A stretch of 64,000 bases of DNA from Amphiscolops sp. MND2022 (GCA_964187785.1 OZ076409.1:30506001-30570000); one strand, 5' to 3'. Positions 47,601-60,100 are shown, counted from the stretch's first letter. Notes: generated by a model from the sequence alone, not told the origin. Numbers and translations: made by a program.

Positions 47601-48401
47601 TCCCTAACAAGTCGTCGTCATTACCTAGGACAGCAAGACGTATACAACAAATGCCCAAGCAACCTACGAACCCCATGCTCCCTAATGAATCAAAATACAA
47701 CACTAACTAATCCACCCTCCTGGTGCAGGAGACAGCATTGGTGGCGAGGGTAGCTCAGTTGTTTTGGCACGTTTGGGGGGAGTTGGGAAGCTTACGGATT
47801 GGACACGACCTTGACGTACAGGAGACTCTACAAAACAAAATAACGTTTACTACACGTCTTCGTAGTTGCACAATCTCACATCATTTAGTAACCTACTAAC
47901 CCGTCTCCTCTTCGGAGGGGGAATCAGTCTCACCTCCATGAGACTCTACCTCGAATTGGGTCTGAGAAGTAGACTTAACTATGTCTCGAGTAGGAAGGAA
48001 TAGCTCGGGAACATCGGGAGCCGTCGGAACAACAGTTTTCTCAAGAATAGACCCAAAGTCGGGAAGAGAACCAAGCGACAACAGAGTGGAAGCTGACGGT
48101 AATACCGCACTAGAAGTCTCCGCGAACCCTCCGGGAATTGTGGTACAGTTACCAGGTTGAGCTACTGAAAATCAAGATCTGCATTCAGACGCGTCAGAGA
48201 TTCGGGAGACTAATAGGCTGATCACCAAAGAATAGTCTACTTACCCATGAAAGTCAGAAAGATTTTACCAACCTGAAGTAGACAATCCAGCCACTCCTCC
48301 GAATGCACGATGTCATCCTCGGAGTAATTGTACCCAGTCTCGTTGCCACTCACAAAACCAGTGGCTATAGTAACAGGACGTTCAGAGTTTTCGTCTTCCA
48401 T
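44618..48401 (-). pseudogene. Element B antisense, multi-exon accessory gene: Cx2C-x16-H-x5-H zinc finger, hAT-transposase-like helical region and basic tail
   Basis: ATG at 48401 (MEDENSERP). FHCVVCKRDVAMNAHGSREFARHFQSDGH at 47166-47252. ORFs 46812, 46423, 46241, 45889, 44969 and 44618. Intron-like GTAAGT/GTTAGT donors at 48244, 46829, 46074 and 45911, with pyrimidine-AG acceptors. A few stops and frameshifts. Confidence 0.8.
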
Positions 48402-49037
48402 CTTCAAGTTCAAAAATTGACCTTGCCAGAGGAATCTAAAAGAAGGAACGAAATCAAAACTTGCAACCTACAAAAATGACCTAAAAACGTAGTCTCCTAA
48501 AAGAAATCAACAACGTCATCCCTACGTACTCAGGAGAGACTTATATATTCTTCAATCTCACTGGAAAGCCCATTACGGCATTGGCGGGAACAAAACGTTT
48601 CCAAAAAATCCTACAGATGAATAAAGTTCATCAAGAAGCCCTGAAGAAAACTCTATTAAAAAATATCTCAGAAATTACGCTTCGTAGCCGTAATCCTATG
48701 CAGAAAATTGATGACGTCACAACGACGCCATCAGAAGAAAAAGGAATTAAGATAAAGATTTCCTATTTTGACCATTCACAGCGAAGATAAAAGTTCGGCG
48801 CCTCAAAAGGTCAGGACGGACCGGAACGAAAGCGAGGAAATCAATCAATAAAAATGGAGAAATTCCCAACGGAAAAGAAATTGAAACGGCCAATTGTCGT
48901 CTAAATTTTCAACTTGACTAGCTTAAAGCTCTCAAAATTTCCTCGCTACGCAATAGCTAAGAAATACTTGCTAAATTCAAACAGTTCACAAGCTCTTCAA
49001 ATAAACCTCAATAACCATCTCGCCAAAGTTACGCAAC

Positions 49038-49723
49038 ATGGACGGCTACTCGCTTGTAATTGATATTTCTTCTGATGAAGAATACACCCGAACGAGCACG
49101 CCGCTAAAATCTCTGCCCCTCAATATGGTCGGCTCTTTAAGTGATTCTTCTACAGAAGTTTTTCGAGGTAGTGACGCCGAATTAGAATCGTCGTGCGGAT
49201 CAAAAGGCTCTCCTAGAATCCTAGGACTAACACCCAAAAAGAAGAAAAAATTTACGAGGGTCTCTTTCAAACTGCCCCGGTCAATAACGGATCAGAAAGC
49301 GATTTTTATGAGGAGGCAGATACCCCCAAGAGAGCTGAGCCATTGAAGCCGTGCCGGAAAATAAACGTCCAACCGGAACGTGAAATGCCGAGAGACAGCC
49401 CGAATGACCTAGATGAGCTGTCCAAACCCCCCGAGATCTCCCGTGAAGAACAGGAACACTTTGAGAGAATGGCCCTCGAGCTTGAAGAGGAAGAAAGGCA
49501 AATTACCTATATGACTGCGGGAAGAGGACGTGGCCCCCACCAGATACGAAATTACATTAGCCGCCCCCCAGTGGTTATAAAGAAAGAAATCCCCCATTGC
49601 CATGGCCTTCCGGTGTCTCTAGCTTCAAGAGGGGCCCTGTCAGGGCCTGCTCCCGGCCGAGGTTGCAGTTTCTGCTACGTGATGGGCAGAGGAAGAGGGC
49701 GCAGGTATTGCAAATACCATTAA
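49038..49723 (+). pseudogene. Element B sense extra ORF, running through the PPT into the 3' LTR
   Basis: ORFs 49038-49346 and 49343-49723 (one frameshift): MDGYSLVIDISSDEE..PKKKKK..GRGRG..CSFCYVMGRGRGRRYCKYH*. The stop lies 86 nt inside the LTR. Confidence 0.65.
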
Positions 49724-51832
49724 ACTCACTAATGCGTAAGCTATTTTAATTCTACTTACGGTAAAACTAGATAATTGCAGATAATTTTTCAGATACAGAA
49801 TCTAACGTAAACGCTACGGAATATTTTCAAAAATGATTCTAAGGAAGCTAAAAGTTCCAGTCAAATATTTTCATGAGCAACGCTATTTCTGATTTCCGGT
49901 TTCATCTTCTGATTTTTCCATACCAATCTAAATAATAAAACAGAAACATTTTCTGAACGGGATCATGTTCTCTGCTGCTCCACACTGAAATAAAAACATC
50001 AAATATAATAAATAACTCCGAGACCCCAACGGAGTTCATACGATCTAAAATAGAAAACATACAAATATAGAGGAGGTATTTTCTCCGGTATTAAAATAGT
50101 TGTCAAATATCTGTTTAAGACCCCAGTCAAGTGATTCTAAACAAATGTTTACAACGTTTTGACTGCGTCACTCAACTAAGATAATAATGGGTGTTTCTAT
50201 TTTTACGGACCAATAGCGTCGCTCCTTAATTGAATTATTTGAGCTCGAGCTAATAGAAACCGCGCTTGGTTGCCCCTAGCAACGCCAATTAGCTGAAAGA
50301 AAGAATGAATTCGCCTACGCTCTCCGCTTTAACTCCGTCAGCCACCGTTGCTTGGCTATAATCAACCTTAATACGTACGGAACATCTACAGAGCAATTCG
50401 TAAAATAGTAGCAATGGAGCATTGGTTTAAACGGAAATCAAACGAGATTTTTCTGAATCGACGCACTTAAAGGATTTTGGAAATAAGTCCTCATGTAAAA
50501 GGTTGTACCGTAAAGAGAAGTTAAAACTATGATTGAAGGGTAACTATACTGTGCTATTATGACAATCTCTTAAATCACGTTTACCTTACGTTACACTAAG
50601 AGTTTTCATGTATTCAGTAGTTAGTGAATTATCGCTAAAATATTTCACAGAACGTAACGTAAGATTAACGTCAAATCCAAACCAAGTGCTATTCCAGCAG
50701 AATGACCTTCTTATTCATTCATATACGATGTTCATTCGGGTGCAAAGTAATTGTTGTTTGCAGGTATATTTTTCTTACCTATTTGTACTCTGTATTTTGT
50801 ACTTGCTACGATATGGCCATGTATAGGTCAAATTTGAGTTTACTGTAGATGTGGCTGTTCGGTTCATACGAATTAATTGTTGGTCATCATTATATTTTCC
50901 TAGCATTTTTTGTTCCTCAATAATATCCAAATATCCGCATTCTCAAATTCCCTTTGCTCCGTTTCAGTTCCGCTACAGTTTTTGCGAGTCATTCTTTTGC
51001 TTCGAATCTCAACTTTCTTGAATTGGGAATTCACTAATTGATCACGCCGGCGTGCCTGCGTCGATGAAAATGTTAGTTAGACTTTTATTTTGCCGCAATT
51101 TTGAGGCTTAGACAGGAAGTGAACAGTCTGAACAAAAATGATTTCAACAAGCATTACGGAATACCGACGCAACTAGGAATTTTGATACCTGATTTTATGA
51201 CGCAGGACTGAAATAATTTGAATCATTAGCGCTTTTTGATGAACAAATCCGATTTTTACAATACCTTGGAATTTTTAGGTGAGGAACAAATGATGCTGGG
51301 AAGGTATAAATACTTAGACAGAACATGTAAATTTAGATAGTTAACTTTGCGAGTTGTAATAAACTAAAATTGTTCCTTTGCTTTAACTTTAAACAAAAAT
51401 CTTCTTCGAAGAATTCACCTCTTGCCGGAGAACCTACTTTTCTAACTGCAAAAATGACAACTAGAAGTCAGAAAAGGAAAGCTGTAGCTGAGTTAGTTTC
51501 TGGAGACTTTGAAACCTCTATAGCCGAAAACTCTCCGTCTGAAAACCTCGTAGCTAGTTCTAGCAAAGTTCCTAGAGTGGAACCTGAGAGTCTGATTGAG
51601 ATAAAAACATCTCTAAGGAAAGAAATCATGTCTGATTTAACAAAAATACTTGCAGAAAACCAAAAGGAAATGCTTAAACTGATAGCACCTTGAAGCAAAA
51701 AACAAACTGTCCACGTGAACGTTCAAGACTCTGATTCTGAACCTGAAAATGTTTCCGTAACAAGGACGTCCACTCCCGTCAAGATTCACACTGCGACTAA
51801 CTCTAAAACAACACCGGTAAATAGTCGTAACA
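49638..51832 (+). repeat. 3' LTR of element B (2195 bp)
   Basis: TGTCAGGG...GTAACA, preceded by AAGAGGGGCCC and followed by the TSD AGAAC. Confidence 0.97.
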
Positions 51833-53454
51833 AGAACTTTTAGGAACTATTTTGGTCAGTTCGTGTGGATAGAGAAATAGTAGAAAAAGTCACTATAATA
51901 GTCGCGTTTCACTTCATGAAGCGCCGACTAAAAAAAACGAGTCATCAATATAGTCGCGTCTCACTTCAAGAAGCGGCTATTAAAAATAAAGAAACACAGA
52001 GAGCGCTAACTGTTATTTCGGTACCAAGCAATACACTGCATCAAGCATCAGTCGTTCAAGTGTCAAATATTATCACAGAAGAATTCAAAAACCAGCCAAG
52101 AAGAAAAACTAGCATTTCCTTTATAGGAGCGGGACATCTTGACACAGCAACAACCCCAGTGGTCACTTTAGAGTCAGTGTGATCAATTGAAAAACGAACA
52201 CTATTATGGAGCTAACACAGATGCTCGAACAACAAAAACAAGTCATGGCCAGTCTAACAAGCCGGCAACGGGCCACGTGGCTCAACGTTCAAAAAAGTAA
52301 AAAAAATTTCACATATGCAAAAGGACACTTTTGCTGAAATTTCATCAACTTTACAGTGCCAAAACATACCTCAAGGGATACACAAGAATCGAAAACCACT
52401 TTTTCCTCAACTGGAGACAACAAAACCTCTCAAAAAAACTAAAAATGTAGGGAAAAAATAGAAAAAATTTTTAAGTCGCATTCTGCCGAAAACCCTAATA
52501 AGTCATCTATGCTTGCAAAACGTTTCGTGTCTAGTAAAAATCGAGGGTGGCTTTGATAAAAACAAATTAGAAAAAAGTCGCTTGGAAAAAACCCGGTGTT
52601 GAAAATACCAAATTCGGATATACTGTACTTTCAGGCAAAACTTCAATTGAAACAAAAACGTGGTGTAACATTCTGAGATGAACGTTTTGTTGAATTTGAT
52701 GAAATTTCGAAACAGTTTGAAAATGACTGGAATGCTTTTTTGAAAAAAAAGTTTTGTTGTATTAAATGTTAAATCAGAATATAGGTGGAGGTTGAAATTG
52801 ATATGTAGAGAAAACTGTAACTAGCGTGAAGAATGGTTGAAAGAAATTTGGAAGATTGAAATCTCTTGAATTTGAGATTGTAGTCCAGAATATTTTTTTC
52901 GTTTGCAAACTCCTCTCCAAATAAATTGTTTTACGTTCGGTTGCTTTGCATAAAATCTTCATGTTGGCTTTCGATATGGGCAAATAAATTGCTCCAACCC
53001 GTATTCTTTTTCTGAATCAGCGTTTTTGGGAGTCGAAAAAAATTTTCAACTACGTATCCAATCGTGTCATTTTTTTAATCGGCGTTTTCGAAGAAAATCC
53101 CGACTCTTACAGTGGCTAGTTTTTTTTTCGTCAGTTCAACGCGTAACGTCCACTTTTTGTGCATTAATCCAATTAATGCACATTTACCAACTTTTACCAT
53201 ATGTACTTAATACTTCATTTTCAACGCATCCAAAGCGTCTAACATGAGAAAAAACGTCCCCCCTTTTACATTTTCGGCACTATGCTACTTACCGGAAACT
53301 TCGAAAAAGAAAAATCAAAAAAAAAATTCGGACTTTTTTTTCTCAATTTTTAGTTGTTTGAGAGCTTTTGTTGTCTCCAGCTGTAGAAAAAGTGGTTTTC
53401 GAGTCTTTTTGAGCCTTAGATATAGCGCCGACTTGGGCCGTTCCCGGCTTGTTT

Positions 53455-56400
53455 TCTCCCACCTTTTCATGAAAGTTTAAAATTTCTCAAAAACTGTTCA
53501 TTCGAGTTTCATAAAATTTTGCACAGTCATTCTGCACCCAAAGGGGCCCTTGCGTCCTCAATGCATCAAAATCGTATGACTGGAATGTGAGAAACTAGCC
53601 AAAATTAGCCCAAAAATGGCCAAAAAATAGCCCATAAACAGCCATTTTTTGACTTTTTTCATTTTTCTCATAAACTGTCTAAACGATTCGAACGAAATTT
53701 TCTACAGTCATTCTACACCATATTAAAGTCCAATTTGTGCAATGGCATCAAATTCGCATGGCTGGATGGGTGGGGAAATCCCCAAAAATTGTCCCGAGGG
53801 ATGGGTAGAGCCCCTATCCCGAGATCGAGGTGGAACTAAATAACAACCATATCCAAAACACGCACTTCAGAAGACGATCTCGAAAACGGCTTGTAGGATT
53901 GAGCTGAAACTTTGCACACGTGCACAACTCGATAATCTAAAAACTTTTTTATCATCACGTTTTGTCGAAAACATCTTTGGTCATGCCGAAAAACCCTATT
54001 TTCCAAAGAAAAAACAACCTTTTTCAGTTTTTTCTCAACCAGGAAATCATAACTTGTCTCAGAGTGCTCTGAGCGATTCGGACATGGACCACAATGATGT
54101 TCAACGGTTCGTGGGGAGTGTGTAGGGCATTTTTGGTCCCAATCGGATGGAAACGCAGTGAGAAATAGACAACTTTCCAAGAATTTTCTCTCTGCCATTT
54201 TTGCCCAAATTTTCAAAGATACAGTCACAGTGGGTAGTTTGTGCCCAAGTTACTGCCAACAAGACCATTTGGCCTATTTGCGGCTGTTTCAGCGTTCCAG
54301 CATTGCCCGGTGAAAAAATATGTGACTTCAAACATTCAAAAACAATTTTTTCAACTTGAATTTTTTTGTTCAACTTCAGGCCACCCAAAGGTAAGAAACT
54401 TCCACACAACTTAGTTTGCAAGTGGATGCATGCGGAAAGTACTCGGATAGACGAGAAAAATGGGCTATAGAAAAACTCTCTATTTCAACCTGACGTTGAC
54501 TTATGATGTTTTGAGTGTGCGATTGAGAAGTGTTAAAAATGTCGAAAAGTGATATTGAAAACTTATCGATAGAGATTCAAGCAACCGCCGAACTGTTCAA
54601 TTGAGGTAGTTTAGTGCACCAACACTCATCAATTTTTTTGACCGTCTTTATAAAGTGTTGAAATCTGCATTAAGTATCAGTTAACGAGAAATACCCAAGT
54701 ACATTCTCATCTCTCCCCACTGTCGGGGAAGATGAGAATGTACACTTCGAAAGCCAAAATATGCTACCTGCTCAACTTATTAAACCTCGTCAACTGACAC
54801 GCAGAAGACACAAAACTGTTTCCAGTAACTCCATGACTTTTAGCTGTAGGTTTTTTAAAAATATCGCAGTGGTGATACTCAGTGATCCAAAAGTGAATAC
54901 CATGGCAATACTTTAAGAACATCTGTCATCGTCATCAACTTTCCGCACCCATCCACTAGCCTATCCTGTGAGGACCTGGCATCCGTCTTGGTGTGTGGGG
55001 GAATCCCCGAAAAAACACCCCGAGGGATGGGTAGGGTCCCTATCCCGAGACAGAAAGTGGAACTACATAACAACTATACCCAAAACGGGGTCTTCTGGGT
55101 ACGATCTCAAAAACTATCACGCGATTCGAACTAAAGTTTCTACAGATGTTCTACACCCAAAGGGGCCCCTGTATGCGCAAAGGCATTAAAATTGTATGAC
55201 TGGAACAGGAGAAACATAGCCAAAATTAGTCCAAAAATGGCCAAAAAACAGTCATTTTTCGACTTCATTCGAATTTCTCAAAAACTGTTCATACGATTCG
55301 AACGAAATTTTCTACGGTCAGTCTACACTATATTAAAGTCCTATATGTGCAATTGCGTTTAAATCTGGTATGTGGGTATGTGGGTATGGATGGGATGCGA
55401 GAAACATAGCCAAAACTAGCCCAAAAATAGTTTTTTTAAAAAAACAGCCGTTTTTGGACTTCGAATTTCGCCCAAAAGTTCAAAAATACAATCAAAATGG
55501 TGCCAAATTTCGCCAAATGGTTTCGCCAAGTTTCGCAAAATAGTTTTTTTAAAAAAACAGCCGTTTTTGGACTTCGAATTTCGCCCAAAGTTTCAAAAAT
55601 ACAATCAAAATGGTGCCAAATTTCTTCCCAAATTCGTGCCAATGAGACCTATTGGTCCTTTTGCCGCTGTTTCAGCGTTCCAGAATTCCCCATTGAAAAA
55701 TGACGAGATCTCAAAATATTCAAAGAAAAACTTTTTCAACTCCAATTTTTTTCCAACTTCAGGCCTCAAAAAGATAAGAAACTTCCCCAAAACTAGGATT
55801 TGAAGTGTATGCATGTGGAAATTACTTGAATAGACGTGAAAAATGCGCTATAGTAGGTCTCTGTATCTTAACCTGACGTTGAATTATGAAGTTTTGAATG
55901 TGAGCAGGATAAGGGGTTAAAATGCCAAAATTGAAAATGGAAATATAAGTCTCTTCCAAAACTCATCGGAAGACGTTCAGTTAATCCCAAAGCTAATCAA
56001 TTGACGTTGTTTAGTGCACCAAAACCATGCAAAGTTTTTTTCACCCTTTTTGAAAAGTATTGAAAGCAGTATTGTTTATCAGTTAACAAGAAATACCCAA
56101 GTACATTCTCATCACCACCCTCGGGGGAGATGGGAATGTACTCTTCAAAAGCCAAAAAATTTTGCTTTGCCAAACTCTAAAACATCGAATGTCATGGTCG
56201 ACACGCAAAAAAACGCAAACTTGTTTCATGTACGTCCATGATTTTTTGATGTAGCTTCTGTAAGAAACAGGTGCAGGAATTGCAATGCTGCTAATAAGTG
56301 ATCGTCCAGAAATGAGAACATTCAAAAGCATGGAAAACGTTAAGACATTTGTCGTCATCAACCCATCCACTAGCCGATCCTGTGAGGACGTGCATCCGTC

Positions 56401-56862
56401 TTGGATGTGAGAAACATAGCCAAAATTGGCCCAAAAATGGCCAAAAAACGGTCATGTTTCGATTTTCTCAAAAACTGTCCATACGATTCGATTGAACTGT
56501 TCTACAGTCATTCTACACCATATTAGAGTCCTATATGTACAATGGCATCAAAATCGTATAGCTGGGATGTGAGAAACACAGCCAAAATTAGCCCAAAACT
56601 TGCCAACAAACAGTCATTTTTCGACTTTTTTCAGTTTTCTCAAAAACTGTTGATACGATTCGAACGAATTTTTCTACAGTCTTTTTACACCGTATGATGG
56701 TCCTTTATGTGCAATTTCATCGAATTCATTCGACTGGGATATGAGAAACATAGGCAAAATTGACCCAAAAATGGCAGACAAACAGCCGTTTTTTGACTTT
56801 TTTGATTTTTGCAAAAACTCTATACGATTCGAACGAAACTCTACAGTCATTTTCTACACCAT
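53455..56862. repeat. Composite array: ~180-bp tandem units interleaved with a ~1.4-kb-period diverged duplication
   Basis: GCTGTTTCAGCGTTCCAG at ~54283 and ~55666; CATCCACTAGCC.ATCCTGTGAGGAC at ~54950 and ~56364; near-exact ~113-bp-period repeat at 55424-55622. Confidence 0.75.
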
Positions 56863-57011
56863 ACATTTTCTACACTTCGGAAAGCCTTCTGCCCCCAGAT
56901 TGACAAACAAGGTCACCCCCGAACATACGAGTGCCCTCGAGGTCATTGCGCCTGCCCGCGCTAAGTCACGTAAGCTGGACTTGTCTTCAGGTAAGCGACT
57001 TTCCTGTTTAA

Positions 57012-57137
57012 GCTACTACGGTACTTCTTTAAGTTCCTCGTAGCTATCGACCATTCCGCTACTACGGTACTTCCTTAAGTTCCTCGTAGCTATCGCCTAA
57101 TTCTGCTACAACGGTACTTTCTTAAGTTCTTCGTAGC
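57012..57137 (+). repeat. Three tandem 46-47-bp hairpin-forming units in the leader of element E
   Basis: GCTACtACGGTACTT..TTAAGTTC.TCGTAGC starts at 57012, 57058 and 57105. Confidence 0.85.
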
Positions 57138-57173
57138 AATTGTCTATGCGCTGTATTCCCTCTTCTGACGCCC

Positions 57174-60100
57174 ATGAAGTTCAAACTACCCGACTTGCCA
57201 TCAAATCCTTCTCCTGAGAAATGGAAATGGTGGAAGAAATGTTTCGAGGACGGCTTACGCATCAATGGCACAACCGAAGATGCTGACAAATTAGTTTTTC
57301 TTCGTATATTTGTCGGCTCTGACTATTTCACTCTCCTCGAGAGCTCTGCAACGTTTGCAGACGCCCTGAGAACATTGGACAGACAGTTTCTGAAGCCCAC
57401 GAGAGTGCTCTTTGCCCGTCATCAAATGCTCAGTGCCAGTCAAAAGGACGACGAATCTATCGTACAATTTTCAGGAAGGCTGAAACGTCTTGTTGAAGAC
57501 TGCGAATGCACCAACTTGACCGTCCAAGCACATAAAGACTATCTAGTACGAGACGCTTTAATATCAGGTCTCAGGTCTGACGACATTCGAGCAGGACTAT
57601 TGGAACTGGAAGACTCCAAGGCCGACATTGATAGCTGCATATCGCTTGCTTGTGCTATCGAACTATCCAGTGACTTTTCCAAATCTTTCAGAAGTGCCGA
57701 ACCTTCAACTGTAGCAGCAACCAAGCCGTTCTCCCAGACAACTCGACGGCAACCTGACCGGCCCGGCAACTCCGCTGCCCAACAGGTTTCGAACAAGCCT
57801 CGTCCACGCTGTCAGTTCTGCGGTCTAAAACAGCATCCACGCTCAAAGTGCTCAGCCAAAAAGGACACTTGTCACAAATGCTCGAAAGCAGGACACTGGG
57901 CTTCGGTATGTAGATCGACCGCTGCTGTCTTACAACAGTCATCTGATGATGAACCCGAGACTGCCGCCGTTTTGTGCAGTACTGGCATATCCCCTGCCAC
58001 TCTGAATGTCAGCCTCAAATTTGCCGGAAGCAATGAACAAGTTCAAGCAATGATTGATACCGGAACCACGGGCTCCTTTATCAGCGCCTCAACAGCTGCC
58101 AAATATGGCCTGAATGTCCGCGCGAAGCGGAAGGTCACTGCCTTGGCAAATGGCGACTCTCTGATTACGTCAGGCACCGCTAAAGCTAAAATTGAGGTAA
58201 ACCAAAAGACCTACCAAGTTCTCTTCACTGTCGCAAAACACCTCGTTGCGGATGTTATTCTCGGGCTTGACGTTCTCCGACAACATCACTCTGTGAGACT
58301 GGAATTAGGCGGTGATCGACCAGAGACGGTTATATCTGCCGGGCTCAAGGAATTGGAGTTCCCGGCGATGAAAATTGCCCCTCCGACCATACTTTCCAAA
58401 ACAGTTTATAGTGCCAAACCGATTGCTACAAAATCGCGTCGTCACAAACCGCAAGACGTCACCTTCATGGATTCAGAAGTTAACCGAATGCTCGCTGAAG
58501 GCATAATCCAAGTTTCCACGTCTCCCTGGCGGGCTCAAGCCTTTGTCGTTAGGGACGGACCCAAGCCACGGATGGTGATCGACTATTCTCAGACAATTAA
58601 TCGTCATACGTCCAAAGACGCCTTCCCCTTTCCAAATATGCAAGACCTGCTTGACCAAGCAGCCGAGAACACTACTTTTTCGAAAATCGATTTGAAGTCT
58701 GCGTATCATCAAATCCCCCTCCATCGCAAGGACATGTCATTCACCGCGTTTGAAGTGAATGGACGACTTTTTGAGTTCACAGGACTTCCCTTTGGCGTCA
58801 CGAACGCTGTAGCCGCATTTCAACGAGAAATGACAGCCTTTGTACGCCGGCACAACCTGAAGCGAACGCACCCATATCTTGACGATGTGATCATCGGAGG
58901 CAGATCCGAGGAGGAACACCAAGAAAATCTGAAGAACTTCCTGAAAGCGGCCGAGATTGAGGGTCTGACACTGAACAAAGCTAAGTGCGTTTTTGGCTGT
59001 AAGACAGTACCAATGCTCGGTCACATCGTGGGAGCTGGCTCTAAACGCCCCGATCCGAGCCGAATCAAGACACTGATGGATTTCCTTATCCCCGAAAACT
59101 CGTCACAGTTGAAACGCTCTCTTGGGTTCTTTGCGTACAACGCAAAGTGGATTGCAGACTACTCAAATAAGGTTGCTCCCCTGCTCGCAACACAGAAACA
59201 ACTGGCCTTTCCGCTCAATCAAGCTTCTCGGCTGGCTATCGCAACTCTCAAGAAAGAAGTTGCCTCTGCCGTACTCTGGCTGCCCCGGGCAAACGAGCCT
59301 CTCGTTCTCCAAACAGATGCGTCCGGGACCGGTATCGGAGCGACACTCACTCAAAACGACAAACCTGTCGGTTTCTTCTCGAGAACTCTTAAACATAGCG
59401 AAATGGCGTACTCGGTGGTTGAACGGGAAGCTATGGCTATCTTGGAAGGCTTCCGCCGTTTCTCAGACCTGTTACGGACGTCACGGGTTCTAGTTCGCAC
59501 CGATCAAAAGGCCCTCTCCTTCATATTTGGACCCAACTCTTCCAGAGTGAAGAATGACAAACTGATTCGCTGGCGCCTGGAACTTTCGGAAGACAACTTC
59601 GAGATAAGCTACCAAAGAGGTTGTCAGAACGTGTCAGCTGACGCCCTGTCTCGATTAGCGTCCCTACAGCCCAGCTGTAAAACCCTACACGAGACACTTG
59701 CGCATCCAGGAGTGGCCCGACTGTACGAATACATTCAAAGACACAAAGTCCCAATATCTTTATATGAGGCGAAAAGGGTTACCGAAAACTGCAAAACGTG
59801 CGCTCTATGGAAACCGCGCTTTTTGCGACCCCCCGGCAGCGATCTTATTCGATCCTCCAAACCTTGGGAGCGACTATCAATCGACATTGTTGGCCCCAAA
59901 CCAATAACTAGAAACAAAAACCAATACCTTCTCACAGTGGTGGATGAGTTTAGTAGGTTTCCCTTCGCCTTCCCTCTCCGGAACATCACGTCTAGTAGCG
60001 TCATCAAGTGTCTTTCAACACTTTTCGCCATCTTCGGAACACCTGGGTTCATTCACTCTGACCGGGGCACACAGTTCGTCTCATCGGAATTGCAAATCTT

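Larger units (their letters stand above)
36360..51832 (+). mobile_element. Full-length Gypsy LTR retrotransposon B (15.5 kb) with accessory cassette
   Basis: LTRs TGTCA...TAACA; 5-bp TSD AGAAC (36355-36359, 51833-51837); PBS at 38614; purine tract before 49638; gag-PR-RT-RH-IN order. Confidence 0.97.
36001..51930 (-). mobile_element. Helentron/HINE (DINE-1-like) non-autonomous repeat, interrupted by element B
   Basis: Sub-terminal inverted repeat AGTCGGCGC (36021-36029) / GCGCCGACT (51921-51929), with a GCCGG-GA-CCGGC hairpin at one end only and T-rich flanks. The same hairpin end recurs at 6583-6611 and 53425-53453. Confidence 0.5.

Noticed and set aside
47136..47753. 205-aa plus-strand ORF
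   Set aside because: It lies opposite the zinc-finger exon and has no recognisable motifs, so it is probably a shadow ORF.
44618..49723. env gene in the post-pol position
   Set aside because: The main ORFs are antisense with zinc-finger and basic features. No signal peptide, furin site or transmembrane anchor was seen; the hydrophobic runs coincide with predicted introns.
36001..53453. One large TIR element bounded by the inverted ends at 36001 and 53453
   Set aside because: No TSD was found. The 36001 copy already has its partner subTIR at 51921, so two oppositely oriented copies are a simpler explanation.
57012..57137. CRISPR-like array (also 27917-27993 and 361-424)
   Set aside because: Only about 3 units, no full-length unique spacers, no cas genes, and a eukaryotic TE context.
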